Below are positions 1-14,200 of a stretch of 64,000 bases of DNA, in pieces. The stretch covers positions 11,864,101-11,928,100 of the forward strand of contig NC_092677.1 in assembly GCF_964355755.1 (NCBI RefSeq). The letters are read 5' to 3'. Within the stretch, counting starts at the first letter, position 1, and every line of letters begins with the position of its first letter. Under the pieces are notes generated by a model, which had not been told where the DNA came from, searched no databases, and worked only from the letters and a program-made list of their open reading frames with translations. A program made the translations under genes and the position numbers. The stretch comes from Antedon mediterranea (taxonomy: Eukaryota > Animalia > Echinodermata).

Positions 1-23
1 TAAAAATGTAAATGTATACAAAC

Positions 24-3000
24 CTGAAACAAGTGTTCCATCAGCATGATACCATTTTAGATTCTTTGGTCCTTTGCCTTGAATATCACAAGTGTATCCT
101 ACTGGTGATCCAATCTCTGGTCGCTGTGGTCCTCTTATTCTCAATTTAAACTTTTTCTCACCTAATAATAAAACATTTATCAGACATGGATGTTTATAGA
201 AAGGATTTCAAAAGAAAACTGAAAGATGCTGAGGATCTTGGAAAGCCTTAACCGCCAACAGTCTTAGGAGGACATGGCACATGAAGAATAATAGTCTTTA
301 ATATGTTTAAATCACACCATCACTTTACCTACATGTAGAGAGTTATTAACTTACTTCGAATTTCACAAAGGTTTCCTGAGTATTTTTTAGGGCAGACACA
401 TTGGTTGTCAGTGCAGACACCCTCATTAAGGCAAGCGAGGCGACAAGGTTGCTCTCCTGAAAATCAAACATCTTCTATTAGGATTTGAGTGGGTCAGTAT
501 AAAGAAAAAATAGCATTTGAGGCTGAGCAGCAACTGGGAGTTTTAGAGGGCGGTTTATTACCATTTTTTTAAATGAAAAACTGCACAGGTTGCCTCGTCA
601 AAATGGTCAATACAAATCAATCAAATTATTTGCCTATTGTATTTAATTTTCTATTTTATTTATTTATTAACAACAAACTAATCAACAGTAAAACAGCAGA
701 ATTATAATGCATTTAGAGAAAATATTTAATAATAAAACACATAAAATTAAGACAATAAAACAAAGTAAAAAACAAAAAAAAAAATTATCTTACTGAATAA
801 GTCAAGTTTAAAGTTTGTTGCAAATGGGAAGACAATACAGGTGTATAATCCAGCATCACTTTCACTCAGAGAACTTATTGTTAATCTTGTTTCTGTTGAT
901 GATAGCCTTTCTGAGTACATGTCTTCATTTACACCTAAATAAAAATAAATGTTTGTTTATGTACATTAGAACTTGACTGACAATGCTATTGCAGAGGACT
1001 TAGAAACACCTCGGCCTACAAGTGTCAGATCTCCAATCTAGTAAATCAACAAGGGTACATTATATGATGTAAACTTGTTCACAAGGCTATTATGGAGACC
1101 AGGAAAAATCTCATTATCAAAGGCTACATATGCAACCTCTTTTAACACCACATGAAGGCTAGACCCACACACAATGACATTACAACAAACTTAAAATGGC
1201 CGACAGCCTACCTGGGGTTAGGTCTTGTAATCTTGAGCCATCAGGTGATACCCACACAGGGTCTTTAAACTCACTTTCTTCTGGCACTTCACAGGTGTAA
1301 CTTACTGTAGATCCTTCGCTTGGAACCTGGTCTGGTGGGCCATAAATGCTTACACTAAATGGTCTGCCAACTTAAAAATAAGAAAAATATATCTAAGAAC
1401 ACCATTGATAGTGGCATAGTTGGTTTGTTCACATGGTCCACAGTGTGTTGGACGCTGGACTACTGATTGTGATATTGTGGGTTCGAATCCAATGCTCGTC
1501 ACATTGCTTGTATTCTTAGGCAAGACAATTTACTTACATTTGCCTCTCTCCACCCAGCTATACAAATGGATACCTGGTAAAATCTAGACACAACTTTGCG
1601 CTGATTACTAACAGCATTATTATGGGAGTATGTTTCCTTAGATGTTTGATCCATTTATCCACGTAATTCACAACATTAGGCGCTTTATAAAGCTTATTAT
1701 ATATATAAAACTGTATTGCCAAGCATATATGTACACACTAGTATAAAACTGCTTGTTTCTCACATATACTTACCAGGTACCTGACAAACTTCACCCATGT
1801 ACCCTGGCTCACAAACGCATTTTCCTTCTTTACAGACACCATCATGAAGACAGTTTAGTGTACATGGTGGCTCAGCTGATGTTAAATATACAAAGTTAAT
1901 AGCATGATGAATTAACAATTAGATAAATGATACCGATATATGAAAATAGTTTGAGTACATTTTTAGCAAGGTGAAATTAATATACCGTAAAAACTTCAAA
2001 AAGATCAAACAGTGTAGTATTATTAGTATTTAATATTAATATCCATCATTATCATAATACCATTAATATTATATTGATCATATATAGTTTTATGTTGATT
2101 TTCTTGTCATATTCAAGATTTTACGGTATTTAACAAAAACAATAAAAAAAGAAAACACAAATATATAACAGAAAATGTACAGAAAATTTGTGATATTATT
2201 ACAGCGCTGTATTTATTTATAAAGTTTAGCTAAAAAACAACTACTATAATGTTAATAATATAAGTTAAACATAATTTTCATAATATGACTATTCACAAAC
2301 TAAAATAAGATGATTAGTGACTAAAAAACTATATGATAAAAATAACATGCATAATGCTTGAAATTATAAAATGTACGACAATAAATACACCAAATAAGTA
2401 CTTGTAAATTAATATTTTATTGGTTATTGCTATTATGAAATTTAATCTGTATTAAGCTAATTAATACAGATAGAAGTAGTATGTAGTTAAGTTTATTAGT
2501 AAGTGTGTATGTAAGCATTACCTTGCTGAATAACATCTGCAGTGCCCGATACAGGGCCTACCATGCATTCATACACCCCGGCATTGCCACTTTCAAAGTT
2601 CTTGATAAGAAGTCTAGAGGCGGTTGGTGATATATCTTCAGTATATATTCTACTTCCAACACCTGGTTAATTTTAATTTAAAATAAAATTTCACTTATTA
2701 TAAATAGAACATCTTTATCTGCAGTAACCTCGGGATCTACTAGTGTAATAATTATTATAAATAGAACATCTTTATTTGCAGTAGCCTAGGGATCTACTAG
2801 TGTAATAATTATTAAAAATAGAACATCTTTATTTGCAGTAGCCTAGGGATCTACTAGTGTAATAATTATTATAAATCTTTGCAATAACTTAGGTAGTGCT
2901 TGGAAAGTGTCAATTACCTTCCATTAAAGCAATCGTGTCTCCATCTCTGTCCAACCAAGTGATGCCCATATCAGGTGAGTTACCCTGAAGTTCACATAGG

Positions 3001-6000
3001 TAAGACAGATCTTTACCCTCAATTGGTGACTGATCATACTCCTCACCAACACGTACAGTGAAATCTAAAAACAAATCATGTATGAAGGTTTGCTTGTTTA
3101 TTAATAAATAATAAATGTTATAAAAGTATATTAACATTAGGCCAAGAAGATAGGTACAATGATAATTAAGAAACAAGTGTTTAAAAATGCCAAAGTTGAA
3201 GACCCGCAAGTGGCAACCTATTTGTGTTGGCGGTTAAGACTCACCAACTTAGTAGACACTGCTCTCTACTAAGCACTGGATCATAAAAACTAAACTACAG
3301 CGGTGTTGGTAGTTTATGAGTGAGATACCTACCTGTATAGACTCTACAAATGACATTATTTCTAATACAGAAATCCTTTAAAAGGAAAAAGGAACAATAC
3401 AGGTGTCATAGAAGGACATTACCATCTCTCACTTACCAGGTATGTGACAATACTCTCCAATAAACCCTATAGTACATTTGCATTTCCCAGCTACACACTC
3501 AGCCCCATTCAAACAAAGGTCAACGCATTCTTTTTTCATGACATCAATGTTAGTCTCGGTTTCATATGGACCAGCAGAACATCTGTAATTACCGGAGTCA
3601 TCTATCTCAGCTTCACGAATGGTTAGCAGGGATGAGAAGTCCGATATTGGCTCAACTTTGATACGATTATCTGAAAAACAATTAAATATTTTTCAATCTT
3701 TCTTTGGGACAACATTTTGCACACATTATTATTTTATTTAATACCTATTCCACAACCAGATGAAATTCACTTATGCATTTAAAATTACATATATTAATAT
3801 TTCCAAAACTTTTTTCAAGGACCTCCGAGGGCCTTGATAACACTGAATTGAATTTCCATAACTTTTCAAGAACTGTATGAAAATTATAAAATATTGTAAC
3901 TTACCTTCATTTCTGTCAACTACCTGACCATCTTGGTCATACCATACTGGATTAGGGTAGTTACTTTCTGGATTTACATTACAAATCAACAAAACATCTT
4001 CACCTTCTGTTGGAGGTGAACCTATTGCATCAATGATGCTTACATCCCAATCCACTAAAATAAAACAAGAAAACATTCCTTGCTGTAACATTAAAAGACT
4101 CAATAAACTATTTAATTATTCTGGTTTTTTTAGTTTCATAATTCAATGTTTTTTGGCAAATTCTGATTTAGAAACCTGTAATTTCTAAAGCATGTCTTAA
4201 GCTCTGTCTACACTATCAAACTAGGTTGACAAAAAAAGTGTGATGTGCCCAAATATGATATGCTTAAATATGGTAGTGATATGACATCATTATGTCAATA
4301 TATGGGTACATTTTTTTAGTCACATACGATTTGATATTGTAGACAGAGCTTTATGTAGCATTGAGTAGTAGTGGTGTTTAAGCCAATAGGAAAAAACCTG
4401 GCACTGAAACATGGCAATGATTTAAACCAAGATCTCTGGGAAGACAAGAATATTTACCATCAAGCTAAATTGTCACTGTGAATGCAACACTTACAAATCT
4501 TTTCACATGTTTTTCCTCCAGTTAGTCCCTGGCATTGACAGAAACCGTTATTACAAATACCTTCATTTACACATGGTGGCTGACAACGAGGTTCTACAAA
4601 AGAACATTATAGTCTTCTTAAAAATTCAAAATTAATATAATACAGTATATCTTTTAATCATAATAATATAACATGCTGTAAGATAATTCGACCTTCTAAT
4701 TTAGGCCTGATATTATTGAATCTATTAACCACATCTAACTTGGCTCAATTGCAGAATAAAGATCTGCATAATAAACTGTTTGTTCTATACATGAACACCT
4801 ATAGATAGCTTTACCTGCAGACTCGATGATGGTAAGGTTAAACTCATCAATGTATGGTCCACCAGCACACATGTACATGCCCGACTGTTCTTTACTGGCC
4901 GACTTCAACACAAGTAATGAACTAGTGCTGCGCATTTCAATTTGAACAGCATCTGTGGACCAAGAAAGGGAGAATTAACTTTATTCAATTCAATTTATTC
5001 AAAAAAGCTACCAGAAATGAGATACATTAAAATTACAAAACAAAAGCAAAACATTTATATAAAAACAAATTGTTAGTATTACTGTTAATAACTTTAATAT
5101 TAGGCGGGACTCAACTTTCTCATGACATGAACAATTAATTATTTATTGACTGAGTAATTACCACTTGTTTGTATAGGGTTTCCATTGGCATCCTGCCAAA
5201 CTGGATCTCTGTAACGTCCTTGGAGTGGAAGATCACACTGCAGAACAACATCACGCCCTTCATGAACTGGAGGCTCAAACAAGCCTTTGATACGTACAAG
5301 AAATTCCACTGAATTGTTAAAAAAAAGTTTACAATTAAATATCAATAATTACACATGGTTTAAAACATATATTTCTCATCATTCATTTCACAGAAAAGCG
5401 TCCCCTTAATAGTCTCAAATAAATAAATAACAAATTTTTCAATAAAACTATACGTACATTCAGTTTCACATGATGTTCCTACATACATATCAGGGCAAAC
5501 ACAGATACCATCCTGACACGTACCACCATTGCTACAATCTGGTACGCATGGAATCTCTAAAAAATAAAATAACACATCAAATAATAATTGTAGCCTAGTA
5601 ATGTATATTTTTTTACATATTAAATATATCCTGTTACCCTGCTGAATTAAACTAAACATGACTTGGGCTACATGATTCATTCTCCACATTTTAGGTGGAA
5701 GTGTAAAAGGTGTATATTTTCATTGCATCATAACTTTACACAACCTAATCATTTTACCAATATTTGTATTAATATTAGTCAGATCAGAGAGTTGTACTAA
5801 TAACAAACAACTCCCTGGTCAGATCATATACAGTTTATAATCTCTTACCATTAACATCAATAGTAAATGACTCTCTATTGTCCCCAGCCACACAGGTATA
5901 TTCCCCACCATCTTGGTCTCGTAGTGCTGTGAACATCAGCATAGTGATGTGAGGTGACAGAACATCTACTTGAATATTTCCATCTAAATAAAACAATATC

Positions 6001-8218
6001 AAAATGCAATAAAGTTATTAGCGAATGAATGAAAAGGGTAAAAGATATTGTACTTGTATGAAAGAGGCATGGGATTGAGACCCATCTGTGCCATATTTTG
6101 CTTGTATCCTTAGGCAAAATATTTTTAAAACATAACCTTATCTTTCGGATTGGGACATAAAACAGATCCAATGTACATACATTGCACATACATTGCACAT
6201 GTCTATTATAAAAGAACTTGGTACGCCTTTCAAACAGAGTAAGGGTCGTCTTGTGGTTTGTTAATCATGGTCCTAAACTGAGAGAAAGAAGAAGAAATCA
6301 CCCAGTATACAGAAGGAATAATGTTTTAAAAAAATCATGTAAACACCATCATCCCACACATACCTGAACTGTCAGTGATTGTATTTCCTTGTGAATCCAT
6401 CCAAACTGGATTTTGCTGGCCACCTTCTTGTGGTAACTCACATCGTAATGCCACCATAGTACCTTTGTAAGATGGAGGCTCAAATAGGGGTACAACTTGG
6501 ATCAAGAAAGGTACTGAAATGGAGTATGTAATATAAATTTAACTTTCATTATAAATAGGTGCTTTAAGCTCTGTCTGCACTATCAAACTAGTTGTTGTGA
6601 GATGTAGTGATATGCCCTAATATGGTAGTGATGACTTCATCATGTCCATATATCTACATCACATTTTTCTGTCACATAAAGTTTTATAGTGTAGACAGAG
6701 CTTTAGATATTTTATGCATATAGTATTAGTGTACTGTTTCAATAAATAATATTTGTTAGTAAACACTTACATTCCGTTTCACAGGCAGATCCTACAAACT
6801 GTTGTGGACATTCACAAACACCATCAATACACTGACCAGAGTTGAGGCAGAGAGGTTCGCATGGAATTTCTAATGAAATAAAAATAGTAATAAAGCATGT
6901 TTGATTATCATAATGGATGTTTCATTATAACAATACATTGCTATTGTAAGTTAATACAAGGCACCATAAGGTACAGATGTATAAATATGAGACATAGATC
7001 TGGCTTCAATTTAAAAATGTTACTAATGGTATTTGTTTTCCAATTTTGGCAGCTGCTTGGCAAGTTGAGGTACAATAAAATTACAAGTGACTAAAACAAA
7101 AAAAGTGCCAATTCCACTGCAGAATCATAGTTGTAATCGAAATATTTTACCTGAAACTTGAAGTTTAAATGTCTCTTCATAAGGTCCAGCCTTGCAGGTA
7201 TAGTTAGCAGAATCTTCCATCATTAGTAGAGTAATCGTTAGCAATGTGGAGAACCTATCCAAAGACTCTGTTGTGATTCTCTGGAAATTGGCACCAAAGC
7301 CTGCACCAAAGCCAGAACCTACAAGAGTAATTTAGAATGTTATCCCTGTTGTGTGTACGTGTGTGTGTACTATAACTGCTATCCTAGTGTACCATATTGA
7401 AGTTGAGAGAAGTTTTTGCTTAGTTTAGGATTGTCTGAGGCAGGAGTATCAAGCTATCACTGGTGAACTTTTGACATGATTTGTGCGTTTAAAAAATCAG
7501 CTACCTTTTCACTATCACTGATTTTCTAAAATATTTGCAATTTTACAATAAATTCTTTTACATAGTATCTTGAAGTGAATATAATAATATATTAACTTGA
7601 ATTGTTAGGCATTTTTTACACAACTACCAATTGTGTTTGCACCTACCTTCTGATTGTACATCAATAAGATCACCATTAGCGTCATACCATTTGGGGTCAA
7701 AGTTCCTTCCTGCTTCAGGAACATTGCATTGTAGGATAACCTCACTACCAATGTGAAGAGGCGAGTCATAAAGCTTCTCAATCTGAATCAAGTAAGGTAC
7801 TGAAAAAAGAAACCAGAGGGCTTATGTTATGCCTTGAATGTTCCAGACAACAATTAAATAGTGCTTACATTATGTAGATTCCCAAATGCGCAGAAGAGCA
7901 CTCGTTTTAAATCTTGGGTGATAACCAAATAGTGCTATGTTGATGTTTATGTATGGCACTTTTCTGCCAATGCCAGAATGTGATATATTTTTATCTATAA
8001 CGCAAGCAAGCAATGTAACATTATCTTGTAAGCTCTGGTAGTTTTTAACTAAAGCCAATGAAATGAAAAGGAAGTCTCTTGATAATATGAAGCAAGAATA
8101 ATAATTGTCTATAGCTTACATGGTATTTCACAAGCTATTCCAGAATATCTTTCTGTACAGTGACAAATTTGTTGTTTACACACTCCATTATTCTGGCAAA
8201 ATGGCTCACATTGAGGTT
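24..8218 (-). CDS. EGF / split-Ig repeat array, part 6 (continues past the window start)
   Basis: EGF 8120-8218; Ig 7647-7799+7151-7318; EGF 6771-6869; Ig 6364-6513+5849-5983; EGF 5458-5556; Ig 5162-5308+4815-4952; EGF 4495-4593; Ig 3905-4054+3437-3670 (second half fused to an EGF); Ig 2918-3064+2522-2662; EGF 1774-1875; Ig 1212-1370+794-934; EGF 355-456; first Ig half 24-161. Confidence 0.87.
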
Positions 8219-11200
8219 CTGAAATTAATAAGATGTAATGATTGTTCTGGACACATACAGTAGAACTCCTTATCAAAAACGGTCTCCTTAATAGAGGTAT
8301 CCACTGAATAAGGATTGTCCCGGTTGTCCGTAGTGTAAAAACATATATTTTCCATGAATTCTTTCAGAAGAAAATGTCCTCTTATAAAGTTCTACAATAT
8401 AAATTATACCAATTATGTGCCATTCCTCCAGAAGCTCAAATCACTACAATCTGCTCAGGTATCAGTAGTGTACATACCTGTAACAATAACTGGTGTTGTG
8501 CTGTTGACACTTCCGACATCGTTCTTAGCAACACACATATATTCTGCTGTGTGGTACAGCTGTGCATTGATAAGTGACAGTGCACCACTGTATCCCAAGT
8601 CAATGATAGTAAGTCCATTGCCATCTGTGATTACTTCATCATCTTTGTACCATGTAATCTCAATTGGAAGGTCACCACGAATGACTGAGCAGGTCAAGCG
8701 TGTCCTTTGACCTACTTTCAAAAGTACTGGTCCTCCGAAAGGCTCGATCTTTGGAGGAACTAAAAAATAGAATGTTTATTATTAAATACCATCCATGTAC
8801 AATTTAGCAAATGGGAATACAATAACTATAAAGCTACAATAGACCCACCACAACTATGACTTATTCAGTAATGGTTTAAAAAATGTAAAGAGAAAAAAGA
8901 AAACAGAACCTGTTGTCACAGTCAAAAGTGAATACAACTAATACCTCTGGTAAGTACAGCTATTGTCTCCTGGTGTGGTCCAGCTTGACAAGCATATGTT
9001 CCAGTATCTGTTTCCTCTAGGCTCTGAACCACAAGCTGAGTCTTGAAGGGTGATAGTTGACGGACCTCGATACGGTTAACACCTCCTAAAAATGAGTACA
9101 GGTAGTAACAACATTGATTCTACATTATATAAGGTTTCAGTCAGGTGGTAGGTAGATTTTCTTCTTATGGCGACATTTTGAAATCAGAGCAGACCTTTTG
9201 TTTAACAAATTTGTTTTGCTTGCATTTAAAATACACAGCTTTTCAATATTTAATTACTTTCCATTTAATTGTAAACATCACATCGTTACTTTTCAAAGAC
9301 CATACGTACTTTGAGAGCTTGAATTCTTTACTGTACGTTTCTTTTTTGAAAGATTTCTTATGATTGTTAAACCTAGTTTTAAACTGCCCACCCGTCATAC
9401 CGATATATGTCTTAGTTTCGTTATTGGTTATGACGCTGGCGGAGTAGACAATTTCAGATGCGAGGCATGAACCATTTAGGGGGCGTATATATACTATATA
9501 TTTTCAAGGTAGGACCAAGACTTTATCTTCACTTCTTTTGTTTTATCTAGTAGTAGTCTAGTATACCTATCTGTATCAACTTTATTTACCATTCAGCTCT
9601 TCTATATAAAGCATGATGCACATGGACTGTTCCATTATGGACTGTTGCATTTTGGAAAATAATGATACTGTATATGTTAATTCTATACAGTACTATGCTC
9701 CCATAAATAATCATTTTTGGTTATTTGTCCATAAAAAAAAAGTTTTGTGAGCCCTGAGTTGATTTAGGAATAATCTTATTTTATGCTGTTTCTTACCTTG
9801 ACCTGGTTTGATCTCTGTACCATCCGGTGCAAACCATTTTGGAAGTCTTTCTCTTCCTTCTTCTGGCAATTCACACTCTAATGTCAAATCTGTTTCAATT
9901 GTCATGTCTCCATCAATGGTGTTGATGCGAATTGGATATTCAACTGAGCAAGGAAACAACATAAATGACATGAAAGAACATAACATAAAGGTGTTGAAAT
10001 TGTAAATATAAAAGATTTTTTTTTTAATGGATACTGAAAAACAACAACAATTTTATATTGCTTACGTTCAGTTTCACAAGCCACACCCACAAAGGTTAAT
10101 GAGCATGTGCACTTGCCATTCTCACATTTAGCGCCATTCTCACAAGATGGATCGCAAGGGTAATCTAAAAGAAAAATATCAAGTGCTTTATCCAGTTATG
10201 TATTTACTAACAAATATAAAAACAGCAATATCTAAATAGTTGCTGCACTGTACAGTTGAGAAATTATGTTACACAATCATACACAATATCCATAGCCTGT
10301 TTTGAAATAGATTATTTTACCTATAACTGTGAAATTGAACTTCTTTGATAGAGGGCCTGCTTCACATGTGTAGATCCCTGAATCTGAATATCGTAATCTA
10401 TCAATTTGGAGACGTGTTGCATACTGTGTCAAAAACTCAGAACTCATGTGGCCATCTACATCCCCTGCAAAGACGAGAGAACAAAAACAATAAACTAATT
10501 ATGATACTTATGTAAATTAGTACCTATAATAAATGTCAATCCACTCAGGCAGTGCTTGTCTGCTTTATATTCTCGTTTTTGTTCCAACTACTCTCACTGC
10601 ACTGATAAAGGGCTAATGTTGCCCGAAGGCTCTGCTAACTTTTTTGGCTATTTTTGCTTATTTTATTTTGTATCTCCATTGAGATCCAGAAATTGATACC
10701 CACAGCATTGACATTTTCTTAGTAATTTTCTTTTGGAATTATAATTAATTTCAATGATATAGTCACAGTGCCTTCTTAATTACCTCTGTTTGCATTCTTC
10801 TGTATTATCATTCCTGCGTCGTTCCTCCAGATTGGTGGACTATCAATACTGATATTGCTGGATACCTCACAGATGATGTCAATACTTTCACCAATATATG
10901 GACTAGGACTTGATATTTGTATCTTGATAAAACTATCATCAACTGCAGAAGAAATAACAAGAGAAACTGTTTTCAAATACACTATTATAAACATTCTAGA
11001 CTTGCATAGGGATTGCAATTCAACACTATTTTAAAGCACATTATTATTACATTTGTTTACTGTAGAGGTATGTGTTGGATGCCAAGTACAGGGGAGGGAA
11101 GGAGAGTGGGGTACATGTTCCTCCTTCATCTATAAAACAATTTTATACAGTAACTATAGGAAATGGTGTTAAAGAGCAGTTTAATAAATTATAAAATAGT

Positions 11201-14200
11201 CTATCCATCCTGTAATTGGTAAGTTTCTCGCTGTTGGATGCATATGAAATAAAAAAAAAATAGATATATTAAAATAGACTGAATAAATAATGAAATGAAA
11301 TGAAATGAAAAAAAAATTGTTGTTGAATTTAGTGTTCCAAATTATTATTCAGAGTACTTACTATCAACTTGGCAGTAGTCACCAGTAGCTAATTCTGGAC
11401 AATAACAAATTCCTTCATTACATGTTCCTCCATTCTGACAACCAGGTATACATGGGGTTTCTGAAATACAGAGAAAAATGTTTATTTTCAAGCCCCAAAC
11501 GAATATTCGTATGTGTACCAATGTATTATTTAATTAGAAAACACAGTCAACTCTTCCAACCCCTGGAAGTTTTTAAACAGCTTTCTGAAAACCAGACATC
11601 ACAGGGTTATTTTCAGCCATTCAAAAGGTAACCGGGTTTTGGACTGCACTAAAACAAAAGTGGTAGAGTAAGAAATACTTATAACAAACTATTTGACATA
11701 CCATCAACACTAATAGAGAATGGATACTTCAACGGTCCAGTGACACATCTGTAGGATATTTCATCTCTGTCTTGTAGATTGTGAATGACAAGTTGAGTGA
11801 CCTTAGGAGAGATGCTTACAGCATATATATGTGCTCCCTCTGCTTCATTTTCAGTAGGAATTCTCTTTCCCTGAGCATCAAGCCACAGAGGGTCTTTGTA
11901 ACGACTATCTGCAGCTATTTCACAGACGTAAGTGACATTCTGTCCTGGATATGCTATCTGGCCTGGTGGTGTTTGTACACGAATCACATATGAATCAGAA
12001 TCTTGAAAAATAATTATGATTTAAGATTAAACGAATGAAATGTTTAACATTTAAGCATATAAAAAGGAACTACTGTTTGGTAGGAAAACAAGTTTAAAAT
12101 TTACCAACAAAAAAATTATTTGTCTTTAACTACTGGTATATTTGAAATTGCTTCACAGGTCTTACCTGGTATCTGACATTGGTCACCAGTAAATCCTTCA
12201 GTACAAAGGCATCTTGCTTGGATGCATGACCCACCATTCATACACTCACCTGAGCACACAGGAGCTAGATAAAGAGGATAACAAATCAGTATAAAGTCAT
12301 GCTCATAGTGATGTAAACCTGTGATGTAAGTGGTAAGGAAAAACATGTACAAGCTAAAGAAGACATTGTTTTTTAACTAACATTTCATTAAAAAAACTCT
12401 GAAGATATATTATTTGTGTTACATTAACTAACATTCCATTATATGTTTGATCATTTTTTGAAAAACTTACCTTCAAAAGTCAAGATAAAATTATTTCTTA
12501 CAGCACCAGCAACACAAGTGTATGTTCCCATATCAGCTAATTCCATACGGTTGATAACAAGTTTTGTAATGGAATCAGACACATGCTCAACAAATACATG
12601 ATCAGTGGCACCTAAATAAATAATACTTTAGCAGCTTATACATATTTTTAGTAACATACATACTCAATTTATTTAATTGGCCAGAGCAGAGGTACCATGT
12701 GGTAATATTCTTTACAACCAATTAAAATTAAAGTTGTGGTTTGGGAAAGTCTTCAATTGTGAGGATAATGTCTGAAGAATCAACTGTACGACTATACTAC
12801 TATATTTACCAGCATCCAGTGTCTCAACAGTGTTATCATTAACATCCAGCCAAACTGGTCTTTCAATAGCTCCCTCTACAGGCACTTTGCAGAGTAGATG
12901 AATGTCTTCTCCAATACCAATCTCTTCAGGAGCCTGGATAGTAACACTCTCTGTAAATAAAAATTATAATTATTATCAGTTGAAATAAGGAACTGTCTAT
13001 GGTTTATACAATTGGCTGATTAGTGGTGGGTAGTTCAATAAACATAATACCATTGTTTTTCAAGTATAATATCTTATATATACTTTACCATCAATAACCA
13101 TATTGAGAGGGATTCGCATTGGACCAGCTAAGCATATATAATTCTGTGCATCTTCTTCTTTTAGTCCAGTTATTGTCAATCTTGCTTGCTTTGGTGATAC
13201 TTTGGTAAACGTCACACGATCAGTTTCTGAAGAAAAAAACATGTTATAATTTAGACAATTTGAACTGATTCACACAAGAAAACAATTAAATTTATTTTAG
13301 TGAGATTTAATATTTACTAAATTCACTATACATAACATAACATAAAATGTACGTTTTTAAAGCATACTTTTACTCCATCGATTTTATGTACATGTATAGA
13401 TATAGTGCCTTTTTAGCTGTTATATTGCATTTTATTGTTCTTTATTTTTATAAAAATGTATGTATGTTATATAATATATATTTGTAAAAGGAATGAATAA
13501 ATGTGGGTGACCCCCACGAAAGAGAAAAAAAAAATTCACTATACATTTCATTTACCTTCAGTAATTATTTCACCATCTCTTGTCATCCATATAGGATCTA
13601 CTAGTGGGCTGTCATGTGATATGTTACAATTAAAACTAATATCACCACCCATCATTGGTTGCCGGTCGTCCACTGTCTTGATATCCATTACAGCAGATGC
13701 ATCTAAAAGATTATATTATTTATAGATTTGTCAATTGAAATATGTATACAGTTAATCAAATTTGTTGAGTTTGTATTTGATAATTGTGATGGTTGGTAGA
13801 GTTACCTGTTGATTGGCAGAAATCTCCTAGGTAACCAGGCAAACATACACATATGCCCATTTCACATCTTCCACCGTTGATGCATGTTCTGTTGCATGGT
13901 CTCTCTGTAAACGGTGACAAGGAGAGAATTGATCAAAACAAACATGGGGAGAGAGGTGGAAAGAGAGTTGGTTAAAACAAATATACAGGACTAAAAGAGG
14001 GACAGATTCGGAAAGAATAGAGTTTAAGTTAAAACAAACATAGTGGTTACTCTTGAGAATCAAACATGTGAGGTCACACTTTTGAAGGTCACTTGGCTGT
14101 AATAATAGTTTGAGGAGGAATGTATCTGGCCATAGAGATATTATAATATCTCTATGATCTGGCTAACAAACCTGATTGACAAAATTCTCCGATGTAACCT

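Noticed and set aside
2695-2895. Regularly spaced repeats that might suggest a CRISPR array
   Set aside because: Units are head-to-tail with no unique spacers, the context is a eukaryotic intron, and there are no cas genes.
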